DNA of 45,970 nucleotides from NCBI GenBank assembly GCA_964616495.1, contig CAZTRF010000003.1:1-45970 (forward strand), read 5' to 3'. Position numbers and translations under genes: made by a program. The notes beneath the pieces were generated by a model that saw nothing but the letters and a program-made list of their open reading frames with translations, searched no databases and was not told the DNA's origin. The stretch comes from an uncultured Muribaculaceae bacterium. GTDB lineage: Bacteria > Bacillota_I > Bacilli_A > RF39 > UBA660. Shown piece by piece: positions 8,438 to 16,438 of this stretch. The stretch's first letter is position 1. Each line of letters starts with the position of its first letter.

Positions 8438-8609
8438 ACTATCACCTCACAACATAATAATACTATATTAGTTTCCAAATGTCAACAAAAATGTTAAAAA
8501 TGTTTCTAAAAGTATTGACAAGGTAATAATTACTATGTTATATTGATGTTGACAAAAGGAAACATTGATATTAAAAATGTTTCTTGTAAGGAAAGGAGAG
8601 AAGATATGA

Positions 8610-8873
8610 TTGAAAACAAATATCCATGGAGTTCCAGATAAAATATGGAAAGACAAAAGAATAAAACCTGAGGGAAAACTAATATATGCTTATATTTATT
8701 CTAAAGGAAGTGAAAGAATAATAACGAATATAAATGTTGGTGAAATACAACAAGTAGTTAAAATGAAAAATCCAGGATTAAAAAATAATCTTCAAAGATT
8801 AGAAAAATTTAAATATATAGTATATAAAGAATACTCACAAGGGATGTATACAATATCATTACTAAACTGTTAA
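8610..8873 (+). CDS. Small putative winged-helix DNA-binding protein (element early gene)
   Basis: 87-aa ORF with a TTG start about 10 nt after AAGGAAAGGAGAG. Its pattern (KLIYAYIYSKG...INVGEIQQVV...LKNNLQRLEKFKYIV) resembles that of the next ORF. A hairpin lies at about 8890-8920. Confidence 0.45.
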   Translation: MKTNIHGVPDKIWKDKRIKPEGKLIYAYIYSKGSERIITNINVGEIQQVVKMKNPGLKNNLQRLEKFKYIVYKEYSQGMYTISLLNC

Positions 8874-8994
8874 AAATACATTAGTAATGTAGGTACAGTA
8901 AGAATAAGTCTTATGCTAGTACCTTTTCTATAAGATATATAGAATAAATGAATTCGGTAAACCCGAATATTATCAAAATAAATATAGGGGAACT

Positions 8995-9480
8995 ATGCGA
9001 TTAAAAGGTGAGTTTATTATGGTTCCTGATTTATCTTTAATAGATGATAATTTATCACAAGCTGATAAATTAGTATTAGGATTAATAATTTCATTATCTT
9101 TTAAGAATAACTATTGTTTTGCTAGTAATAAATATTTAGGAATGAGAATTAGAGTTTCACCTAGAACAATAACGGATTCATTAAAAAAGTTAAAATTGAA
9201 TAAATATATAATAATAAAATATATTGATAAAAAAAGACATATATATCTAAATAAAGAAAAGGTATTAGTAGAAGATAATTCTACTAATGAAGCAAGAAAT
9301 TGCACCTATCTATATGCAGAAATTTGCGACCATAATATAAAGACTAAATATAAAAAGAAAAATAATATTAGTAATAATCCAGTCCCAATATGGATGGAGC
9401 ATCCTGAAATGTGTGAAAGTAAGAAAGCTTCTCTGGAAGAAATAAAAGAAATGGAAGATTTACTAAAAGATTTTAAATAA
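8995..9480 (+). CDS. Putative winged-helix protein (phage replisome-organizer N-terminal-like)
   Basis: LSQADKLVLGLIISLSFKNNYCFASNKYLGMRIRVSPRTITDSLKKLKLNKYIII is typical of wHTH phage and plasmid proteins. A more likely start is ATG 9019, after AAGGTGAG. Confidence 0.5.
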   Translation: MRLKGEFIMVPDLSLIDDNLSQADKLVLGLIISLSFKNNYCFASNKYLGMRIRVSPRTITDSLKKLKLNKYIIIKYIDKKRHIYLNKEKVLVEDNSTNEARNCTYLYAEICDHNIKTKYKKKNNISNNPVPIWMEHPEMCESKKASLEEIKEMEDLLKDFK

Positions 9481-9556
9481 ATGAAAGTGAGGATTGATAT
9501 ATGAATATAATTTATGGAGGGTATTATTTATAATTAATACAAAAGGGGGAATTAAG

Positions 9557-9694
9557 ATGGAGGTAGTATATAATGTAACATACAAATATAAAAGTAAAGA
9601 GATTTTAACAAAAGATGAAATAAAAGAGATATTTAATAGGAAACTAATTAATATAATACTAAATATGGAGAATCAAGATTTAAAAAATGCTTGA
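9557..9694 (+). CDS. Small 45-aa ORF upstream of the recombinase (candidate directionality factor; speculative)
   Basis: MEVVYNVTYKYKSKEILTKDEIKEIFNRKLINIILNMENQDLKNA, preceded by an AAAGGGGGA RBS. No recognisable family. Confidence 0.3.
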   Translation: MEVVYNVTYKYKSKEILTKDEIKEIFNRKLINIILNMENQDLKNA

Positions 9695-9754
9695 ACTAGT
9701 ATATAATGTATTTGTGATATCTAGTTATTCAAGATTAATAATGGAGGAATAACT

Positions 9755-11347
9755 ATGATAGAGAAAGTAGGTGTATATTGTAGATTATCTGATGAAGATA
9801 GATTTAAGACTAATAAAAATGATGATAGTGATAGTATAGTAAATCAAAGAAGTATGTGTGTTAAGTTTGCAGTTAATAATGGTTGGGATGTAGTTGATAT
9901 ATATTCTGATGATGATTTTTCTGGAGCAGGTGTAGATAGACCTGGTTTTAATAAATTAATTGAAGATTGCGAAAGTAGAAAGATAAACTTAGTATTATGT
10001 AAAACACAATCAAGATTTTCAAGAGATTTAGAAGTTATAGAAAGATACTTACACAATAAATTTATAGAATGGGGAGTAAGATTTGTTAGTATTGTAGATA
10101 ATGCTGATACAAGTAATGAATCAAATAAAAAATCTCGTCAAATAAATGGACTTATGAATGAATGGTATCTTGAGGATTTATCACAAAATATAAAGAAGTC
10201 TTTAAAAAATAAAAGAGAAGATGGATTGTTTATGGGAAGCTTTGCTCCATATGGTTATGTTAGAAGTAGTGAAAATAAGCATAAATTAATAGTTGATCCA
10301 GTAGCTAGTAAAGTTGTTAAAGAAATTTTTGAAAGATATAAAAATGGAGAAGGATATTTTAAAATAGCACAATATTTAAACAATAATAATATTCCAACTC
10401 CATCAGTATATAAAAAACAATCTGGAAGTAACTTTGTATGTTGCAATAATAATTATAAGAATCCGATTTGGACTATTGATACAATTGCTAAATTACTTCG
10501 TAATGAAGTTTACATTGGCAATCTTGTTCAAGGTAAAAGAACTTCGCTAGGCTATAAGGTTCATAAGTTTAGGAAAGTAAATGAAAAAGATTGGTGTAGA
10601 ACTGAAAATACACATGATGCAGTTATTGATAAAGAAACTTGGAACTTAGTTCAAAAAAGACTTGGAACACATGAATCTCCAACAAGAACTGGAGAAGTAC
10701 ACTATTTTAGCAAAAAGGTTTATTGTTCAGACTGTGGGAAAGTATTTACAAGAAATGTTTTCAACACAAAAAGTGGAAAGAAAGCATATCTACAATGTAA
10801 AGGTGCAAAGAAACTTAATATATGTGAAAACAACAAATCTATTAAAATAGGAGAATTAGAAATAATAGTTATAAATGCTATAAATGATTTATTAAATAAT
10901 TACTATGATAAAGATAATTTACAAGAATACTACAATAATATAAAAAGTAATGATAAGACAATTAAAGAAACAATAGATGTTCTTAACAAAGAAAAAAACA
11001 ATCTTGATAAAAAGATTGCGGAAAACAAAAGCTATTTTAGAAAATTATATGAAGATAAAAATAATGAATTAATTACTGAAGATATGTTTAAAATGTTAAC
11101 CAGTGATTATTCAAAAGAAATAGATAATATGATTTTACGAAAGAACAATATAGATAATGAAATAGATTGTCTTAATACTAAAGAAGATAATAGAAAACAA
11201 GCAAGTGATATATTTAAAAAATATAAACATATAAAAAAATTAGATAAACTAATTATTGATGAGTTTATAGAAAAGATAAATATAGGAGCTTATAATAAAG
11301 AAACAAATTCACGAGATATAGAAATCGAATGGAACTTTGAAATTTAA
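9755..11347 (+). CDS. Large serine recombinase (SpoIVCA/CisA-type integrase)
   Basis: Resolvase catalytic domain (VGVYCRLSDED with the nucleophile Ser; TQSRFSRD), a recombinase domain, a Cys zinc ribbon (YCSDCGKVF...LQCKG...ICEN) and a long C-terminal coiled coil. 530 aa. Confidence 0.9.
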   Translation: MIEKVGVYCRLSDEDRFKTNKNDDSDSIVNQRSMCVKFAVNNGWDVVDIYSDDDFSGAGVDRPGFNKLIEDCESRKINLVLCKTQSRFSRDLEVIERYLHNKFIEWGVRFVSIVDNADTSNESNKKSRQINGLMNEWYLEDLSQNIKKSLKNKREDGLFMGSFAPYGYVRSSENKHKLIVDPVASKVVKEIFERYKNGEGYFKIAQYLNNNNIPTPSVYKKQSGSNFVCCNNNYKNPIWTIDTIAKLLRNEVYIGNLVQGKRTSLGYKVHKFRKVNEKDWCRTENTHDAVIDKETWNLVQKRLGTHESPTRTGEVHYFSKKVYCSDCGKVFTRNVFNTKSGKKAYLQCKGAKKLNICENNKSIKIGELEIIVINAINDLLNNYYDKDNLQEYYNNIKSNDKTIKETIDVLNKEKNNLDKKIAENKSYFRKLYEDKNNELITEDMFKMLTSDYSKEIDNMILRKNNIDNEIDCLNTKEDNRKQASDIFKKYKHIKKLDKLIIDEFIEKINIGAYNKETNSRDIEIEWNFEI

Positions 11348-11385
11348 GAAATAGATAATATTTGGGTTAAACCGAAACATTCTCA

Positions 11386-12532
11386 TGGTGGAAGTGATGG
11401 TGGAGCAGTAGGTAATAATCTTGTTGAAAAAGAATTAAATTTAAAAATATCAAATTATATGTATAATCGATTTAAAGAATTGGGAGTGCCAGTATCAATT
11501 ACTAGAATGACTGATGAAAGCCTTGAACCGATTGAAAGAACAAATAAAATCCAATCATTTTATGGTGATGGTAAAGATGTAGTGGTAATATCAAATCATA
11601 TAAATGCAGGTGGTGGGGATGGTGCCGAAGTAATTTACGCTTTAAGAAATAATGATACATTAGCTAAGAAAATATCTAATGAAATAGAAAAAGAAGGTCA
11701 AAATATTAGAAAGTATTATCAAAGAAGATTGCCTAGCAACTCGGCTAAAGATTATTATTTTATTCATAGAGATACCCCAAATAATGAAGCGGTTATAGTT
11801 GAGTATGGTTTCTTAGATAGTACTGGAGATGATGTAGAACAATTAACTAATAATTGGGAAAAATATGCCGAAGCTGTAGTTAGAGCAGTAGCGGATTATA
11901 AAAATATTCCCTATACTCCTCTTGTAGGAAGTGGGTACTATGTTGTTCAAAAAGGTGATTCTTTATGGAGCATAGCTAAGAAATATGGCTTAAATGTTGA
12001 TGAATTAAAGGAAATAAACAACTTAAGCAGTAATTTGTTACAAGTTGGAGATGTTTTAAAAGTGATCAAGGAATTTCCCGCTTTAAATGAAAATACTTAT
12101 ATTGTTCAAAAAGGAGATACTTTATATAGTATAGCCAACAAATATAAAATGACAGTTAATGAATTAAAAAGTCTAAATAATTTAAGTTCAAACATTTTAA
12201 CCATAGGTCAAAAATTATTAATTAATAAAAGTGAAGAATATGATATTTATACGGTTGAAAAAGGAGATACTCTGTATCGAATTGCTAATACTTATGGAAT
12301 ATCTGTTGCTGAATTGAAGGATATTAACAATCTAACAACAAATGAGTTATATATAGGTCAAAAGCTTAAGGTTCCGGGGAATGAAACTAATAAAGTATAT
12401 ACGGTAGTAAAAGGAGATAACTTGTATCGAATAGCTCAAAAATTTAATACAACCGTTTCAGCTTTAGAAAGTTTAAATAATTTAAAAAGTAGCACTTTAA
12501 GTATAGGCCAACAGATTTTAATTCCAAATTAA
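11386..12532 (+). CDS. 3' segment of the split N-acetylmuramoyl-L-alanine amidase (Amidase_3 domain plus four LysM repeats)
   Basis: The frame is open from 11348, immediately after the recombinase stop. It reads [23 protein letters not shown]...[17 protein letters not shown] (Amidase_3 zinc and catalytic motifs), then four repeats of Y-x-V-x-KGD-(T/S/N)-L-(Y/W)-(S/R)-IA...LN(N)L. The track ORF starts at internal ATG 11459. Confidence 0.85.
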
Positions 12533-12557
12533 AAAATATCTTAACAAGATATTTTTT
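12531..12557. terminator. Bidirectional terminator between convergent genes
   Basis: AAAATATCTT-AACA-AGATATTTT palindrome flanked by an A-run and a T-run. Confidence 0.65.
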
Positions 12558-12978
12558 AATGTATTTCTTTACAAATACTAGGCTCCGGATTATAAAAGCA
12601 ATGATTTTTATATCTTCCTGAAAGCTTTTGATTATACCAAGTTGATTTGCAACTAGTGCCTGTAGCTGGGGCATAAAACCACAATGCGTTAGTAGCAGGA
12701 TGATAGTATTCTCCATCTAGAACACGTTCGGCAAGCCTTTTTTCTAAGGTAGTTGCAGCACTTTGAAATAAAGAACTACTCGTACCAACAAATTGACTTT
12801 TTTGATATATTGCCTCAGTAACAGTTCTGATGTCTTTAAAAGTTAAGCAATTGGCAATCACTCTATTAACTACGACATTTCCAACCATGAGCATGCCTAA
12901 ATTGCCTTCTGCTAAAGCTTCTGCTCTCATAATTCTAGCCAAAAGATCTTTTTCTTTAGTTGAATATTGTATAAACAT
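12556..12978 (-). CDS. cwlJ: Spore cortex-lytic enzyme, CwlJ/SleB (Hydrolase_2) family
   Basis: 140 aa. LLARIMRAEALAEGNLGMLMVGNVVVNRV...ALWFYAP...WYNQ...KNHCFYNP aligns along its length with my recollection of B. subtilis CwlJ (LMARLLRAEAEGEG...LLVGNVGINRL...SLWYF...WYNQ...KSHCFYQP). Confidence 0.8.
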   Translation of the reverse strand: MFIQYSTKEKDLLARIMRAEALAEGNLGMLMVGNVVVNRVIANCLTFKDIRTVTEAIYQKSQFVGTSSSLFQSAATTLEKRLAERVLDGEYYHPATNALWFYAPATGTSCKSTWYNQKLSGRYKNHCFYNPEPSICKEIH

Positions 12979-13053
12979 ATAATCACCTCATTAATATATT
13001 ATGTTATTTATTATTGAAATATTTTTATTAAAGTGATAAAATAACACACATGT

Positions 13054-13127
13054 AGAGGCGTGGTATAATGGTAGCATAGGAGTCTCCAAAACTTTTGATG
13101 GGAGTTCGATTCTCTCCGCCTCTGCCA
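13054..13127 (+). tRNA. trnW: tRNA-Trp (anticodon CCA)
   Basis: Cloverleaf folded by hand. Acceptor stem AGAGGCG/CGCCTCT, anticodon loop CTCCAAA, T-arm GGGAG-TTCGATT-CTCTC, discriminator G and an encoded CCA end. Confidence 0.85.
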
Positions 13128-13138
13128 TTTAGTGATTT

Positions 13139-13164
13139 AAACAAATAGAAATATTTGTTTTTTT
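13139..13164 (+). terminator. Rho-independent terminator after tRNA-Trp
   Basis: AAACAAATA-GAAA-TATTTGTTT followed by TTTT. Confidence 0.65.
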
Positions 13165-13190
13165 GTGATATGCTTTTTGTAGGTGATAAT

Positions 13191-13832
13191 ATGATCAATA
13201 TTTTGTTTAGTGGAATTGATAAAGAAAATGGATTTACAAATAAGCAAGCGGAAGTATTAAAAAAAGATTTAACTGATGATATGAGTATTACATTTGTATC
13301 TTCTATTTTTAATAACTATGAGCGAAGTAATGCACAATTTACTAGATATTTAAATTGCTTTAAAAAGATAGGAATAACGTTTAGTAGTAGTTATATTATT
13401 GATAATAGAATGAATATAAGTGAAGCATGTGAAAAAGTTGCTAATTCGGACATTGTATTTCTATTAAGTGGATCTCCAGAATTACAAATGAAATCTATAA
13501 TCGAGTATAATTTGACAGACTTAATTTCAAAATCGAAAATAATAATTGGAGTAAGTGCGGGATCAATGAACCAATCTAAAATAGTTATGTATAGAGATGA
13601 TTTTGATAATAATACAATGAAAAAATATTATGGATTAAATTTAATAGATATAAATATATTTCCTCATGTTTCTTTTGAAAATAAGAAATTGTTAGAAGAA
13701 GCAAAAGAAATAAGTGAATATATGCCACTTATTTTACTTCAAAATGAATCATTTATAAGAATTAATAATGGTTTGATGGACGTTTTTGGTAAATATTATA
13801 TTTTAAATAATAGAATTTTGATAAAAAAATGA
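13191..13832 (+). CDS. Peptidase S51 (dipeptidase E-like) family protein
   Basis: GVSAGSM nucleophile motif in a class-I glutamine-amidotransferase-like context. Start ATG 13191 after AGGTGA; the track start 13155 lies within the tRNA terminator. Confidence 0.6.
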   Translation: MINILFSGIDKENGFTNKQAEVLKKDLTDDMSITFVSSIFNNYERSNAQFTRYLNCFKKIGITFSSSYIIDNRMNISEACEKVANSDIVFLLSGSPELQMKSIIEYNLTDLISKSKIIIGVSAGSMNQSKIVMYRDDFDNNTMKKYYGLNLIDINIFPHVSFENKKLLEEAKEISEYMPLILLQNESFIRINNGLMDVFGKYYILNNRILIKK

Positions 13833-13860
13833 AATTGTTATAATTAAATTGGGTGATAAA

Positions 13861-14355
13861 ATGAATATAAAACTAAAAAAAATAGAAAGTAAAGATAAAA
13901 TTGTTTTAAATAATTTATTTCAACTATACATGCATGATATTACTGGTTCATTACCTATGGAAGTAAATGAACATGGATTATTTGAATATAATGAAATTGA
14001 CTACTATTTTAATAAAGAAACTAAGCGTTTTGCATATTTTATTAAAGCAGATAATCAACTTGCTGGTTTTGCATTAATAGATGATGATTTTATGGTTTTA
14101 GATAAAAAAGATAATAATTATGATTTTTCGGAAATGTTTATATTGAATTCTTATAAAAATAAAGGTATTGGGAAAATAGCTGCAGAAAAAATATTTGATA
14201 TGCATCAGGGCAATTGGGAAGTTAAACCGGTTCCAAGGAGCGAAGGTGCTAAAAGATTTTGGGAAAGAACAATAAAAGAATATACCAAAGATAATTATAA
14301 AATTGAATATCCTAAACCTAATAGGACTACTTTTATATTTAATAACAAAAAATAA
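13861..14355 (+). CDS. GNAT-family N-acetyltransferase
   Basis: FSEMFILNSYKNKGIGKIAAEKIF is an acetyl-CoA-binding Q/R-x-x-G-x-G/A-like motif. Start ATG 13861 after GGGTGA. Confidence 0.65.
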   Translation: MNIKLKKIESKDKIVLNNLFQLYMHDITGSLPMEVNEHGLFEYNEIDYYFNKETKRFAYFIKADNQLAGFALIDDDFMVLDKKDNNYDFSEMFILNSYKNKGIGKIAAEKIFDMHQGNWEVKPVPRSEGAKRFWERTIKEYTKDNYKIEYPKPNRTTFIFNNKK

Positions 14356-14516
14356 TATAAGGTTTAAGTAATGAATTTTTATACTTAAACGACCTTATAT
14401 AGAAGTGTTCACTTTTACAAAAAAGTTTGTTTTTTAATGCTTATAATAAGTACGTAAATACATGCTAATTTAACTTTTTAAATAGATAACGATTTATATT
14501 TGTTTGTATAGGTTAT

Positions 14517-14545
14517 TTGACAAAAATAATATAAAGATATATAAT
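14517..14545 (+). promoter_or_regulatory. Consensus sigma-A promoter of the trpS leader
   Basis: TTGACA (14517-14522), a 17-nt spacer, then TATAAT (14540-14545). Confidence 0.7.
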
Positions 14546-14570
14546 CTAGCCATTAAAGGAGAAAAAAACT

Positions 14571-14654
14571 ATGAATAATTTTAATATTATTAAATTAAAC
14601 AATTCATGGTGGGTATGGGAAAAGGGTATCTCATACATTTTTTATCGTTCATAA
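14571..14654 (+). CDS. 27-codon Trp-rich leader peptide (MNNFNIIKLNNSWWVWEKGISYIFYRS) upstream of trpS
   Basis: AAAGGAGA RBS 8 nt upstream of ATG 14571. Three Trp codons fall within four positions (14607-14618). The ORF lies between the promoter and an intrinsic terminator. Confidence 0.6.
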   Translation: MNNFNIIKLNNSWWVWEKGISYIFYRS

Positions 14655-14685
14655 ATATTGACTTTATAATTAATTTGAAATGGAT

Positions 14686-14724
14686 AAATGTATGTATGAG
14701 TAAAATTATACATACATTTTTTTG
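14686..14724 (+). terminator. Leader terminator (attenuator) upstream of trpS
   Basis: Stem ATGTATGTATG (14688-14698) pairs with TATACATACAT (14707-14717), extended by A/T pairs and followed by a TTTTTTT run. It sits 50 nt before the trpS start. Confidence 0.7.
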
Positions 14725-14773
14725 TTAAGCATAAAACAATAAACAAATATAATAAAAGAAAGAGGAAATTAAG

Positions 14774-15778
14774 ATGAAAAAAACAATGATTACGGGGGTA
14801 CAACCAACAGGTAATTTTACATTAGCAAATTACATAGGAGCTATTAAAAACTTTGTAAATTTGCAAGAACAATATGATTCATATATCTTTATAGCTGATT
14901 TACATGGATTAACCACTTATCAGGATCCAAAAAAGATTCATGAAACCATTTTAAATTTAGCAGCAATTTATTTAGCATGTGGAGTAGATCCTACACATAC
15001 TAGTTTATTTGTTCAAAATGAGGTTTCAGAACATTGTACATTAGGATTTTTAATTGCATTTCAATGTAGAATTGGCGAATTATCTAGGATGACACAATAT
15101 AAATCAAAAAAGCAAAAGTTAGGAGAAAATGGAATAGATTTAGGGCTTTTTATATATCCGGCATTAATGGCAGCAGATATTCTTTTATACGATGCAGATA
15201 TTGTTCCGGTTGGCATGGACCAAAAACAACATATAGAAATTACTAGAAACTTAGGAGAAAGATTTAATAAAAAATTTGGTAATACATTTAAATTACCAGA
15301 ATATTATATTCCTGCGGTTGGAGCTAAAATTATGAATTTACAAAATCCAAACGAAAAAATGAGCAAATCGGCTTCACCAACCGATAAAGGAACAATATTT
15401 ATATTGGATGATATAGAAGTAACTAAAAAGAAAATAATGCAAGCTAAAACTGATGACGATAATCAAATTAAATTTGACGAAAAAAATAAACCTGGTATAT
15501 CTAATTTAATTTCTATTATGTCAGCATTGACCAATATAGAAGTAAAAGATATAGAAGAAAAATATAAAAAATATAATTATGGGGACTTTAAAAAAGCGTT
15601 AGCTGAAGAAGTTGAAAGCTTTATTTTACCTATCCAAGAAAGATATAAAAAATATAGATATAGTTCAGAATTACTAGAAATATTGAATAATGGTTCTAAC
15701 AAGGCAAAACGAGTTGCCAGTCAAAAAATTAAAATAGTTAAACAAAAAATGGGTATTAATTATATGGAAGAGTTATAG
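14774..15778 (+). CDS. trpS: Tryptophan--tRNA ligase
   Basis: 334 aa. TGVQPTGNFTLANYIGA (TrpRS variant of the HIGH motif), YPALMAADILLYDADIVPVGMDQKQHIEITRNLGERFN and KMSKS. These are collinear with my recollection of Bacillus TrpRS. Confidence 0.95.
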   Translation: MKKTMITGVQPTGNFTLANYIGAIKNFVNLQEQYDSYIFIADLHGLTTYQDPKKIHETILNLAAIYLACGVDPTHTSLFVQNEVSEHCTLGFLIAFQCRIGELSRMTQYKSKKQKLGENGIDLGLFIYPALMAADILLYDADIVPVGMDQKQHIEITRNLGERFNKKFGNTFKLPEYYIPAVGAKIMNLQNPNEKMSKSASPTDKGTIFILDDIEVTKKKIMQAKTDDDNQIKFDEKNKPGISNLISIMSALTNIEVKDIEEKYKKYNYGDFKKALAEEVESFILPIQERYKKYRYSSELLEILNNGSNKAKRVASQKIKIVKQKMGINYMEEL

Positions 15779-15861
15779 TTGTAAAACCTTTAATTTTTAC
15801 CAATTATGACAAATAGAAATATCACTTTTTTTATGATAAAATATTTTTAAAGGAGATTTGT

Positions 15862-16338
15862 ATGGATTTTAATGAGATTGTTAAAGAGAAAATGAAACCA
15901 ATATATGCCAAAGAAATTGCTGGTTGGAAATATGAAAATGAATATCAAGTTTATAATATGCCTTCGTATGAAGAAATGGTATTAAACAATTTTTCAATAA
16001 CTAAAAAAGAAGAAGCAAAAAATTATATTGTCTATTTATTAGATAATAAAGTTGTTGCTTATTCAAAAATAAAAGTTATGCATGATAATTATTTATACTT
16101 TGGAATTGGATTGGCTCCTGAATTATGTGGAAAAAAATTAGGAGGATATTTTATTGAAGACAGTATTAATGAATTTAAAGTTAAATATCCCGATAAGGCT
16201 TTTTATTTAGAAGTTAGAAGTAATAATAATAGAGCTATTAAAGCTTATGAGAAAATAGGATTTATTCAGACTAATAAAATAGTTAAAAAAGATCGTCTTA
16301 ATAATGATACAGAATTTGTTGAGATGTTACTAAGATAA
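15862..16338 (+). CDS. GNAT-family N-acetyltransferase
   Basis: 158 aa. GLAPELCGKKLGGYF and NNRAIKAYEKIGF motifs. Confidence 0.7.
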   Translation: MDFNEIVKEKMKPIYAKEIAGWKYENEYQVYNMPSYEEMVLNNFSITKKEEAKNYIVYLLDNKVVAYSKIKVMHDNYLYFGIGLAPELCGKKLGGYFIEDSINEFKVKYPDKAFYLEVRSNNNRAIKAYEKIGFIQTNKIVKKDRLNNDTEFVEMLLR

Positions 16339-16438
16339 CTTAAATATGTATTTTAGTTGTATAACGAAACTTATTTAAAATGAATTTATAAACTTATGTT
16401 TATAAGTTAATTGAATGTTAATTAAAGGGAAGGTAAAT

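Larger units (their letters stand above)
5921..11385 (+). mobile_element. 5,465-bp integrated element (degenerate prophage-like / sporulation-type intervening element) with a large serine recombinase, inserted in the amidase gene
   Basis: CA dinucleotide at both junctions (5919-5920, 11384-11385). Perfect 10-bp terminal inverted repeats AGAATGTTTC (5921-5930) and GAAACATTCT (11374-11383). The recombinase gene sits at the right edge. Cargo is an XRE repressor, wHTH proteins and AbiE remnants, with no virion genes. Confidence 0.85.

Noticed and set aside
8468-8656. 62-aa minus-strand ORF in the repressor/early-gene intergenic region
   Set aside because: It spans the divergent promoter and operator region and the start of the 8610 ORF. 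It has no RBS and its translation looks like low-complexity noise.
5921-11385. Intact temperate prophage
   Set aside because: It is only 5.5 kb, with no capsid, tail, terminase or lysis genes. It carries just a repressor, wHTH proteins, TA remnants and the recombinase. It is better described as a degenerate prophage or intervening element.
12444-12716. 90-aa minus-strand ORF overlapping the end of the amidase gene, the bidirectional terminator and cwlJ
   Set aside because: It crosses a terminator hairpin and overlaps two well-supported genes. It is spurious.
13128-14355. tRNA-Trp as the integration site of a small genomic island (S51 peptidase plus GNAT)
   Set aside because: Scanning by eye, I found no downstream direct repeat of the tRNA 3' end, and there is no integrase or mobility gene. 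The genes look like ordinary housekeeping or accessory genes.
14595-14650. Possible T-box riboswitch upstream of trpS (GGTGGGTATGGG superficially resembles the T-box GGGTGGTACCGCG core, with UGG codons as a possible specifier)
   Set aside because: I see no ACCGCG continuation, no stem I AG-bay/GNRA/distal-loop elements and no long structured leader. The UGG triplets sit inside a well-initiated short ORF, which fits a leader-peptide attenuator better. An Infernal scan would settle it.
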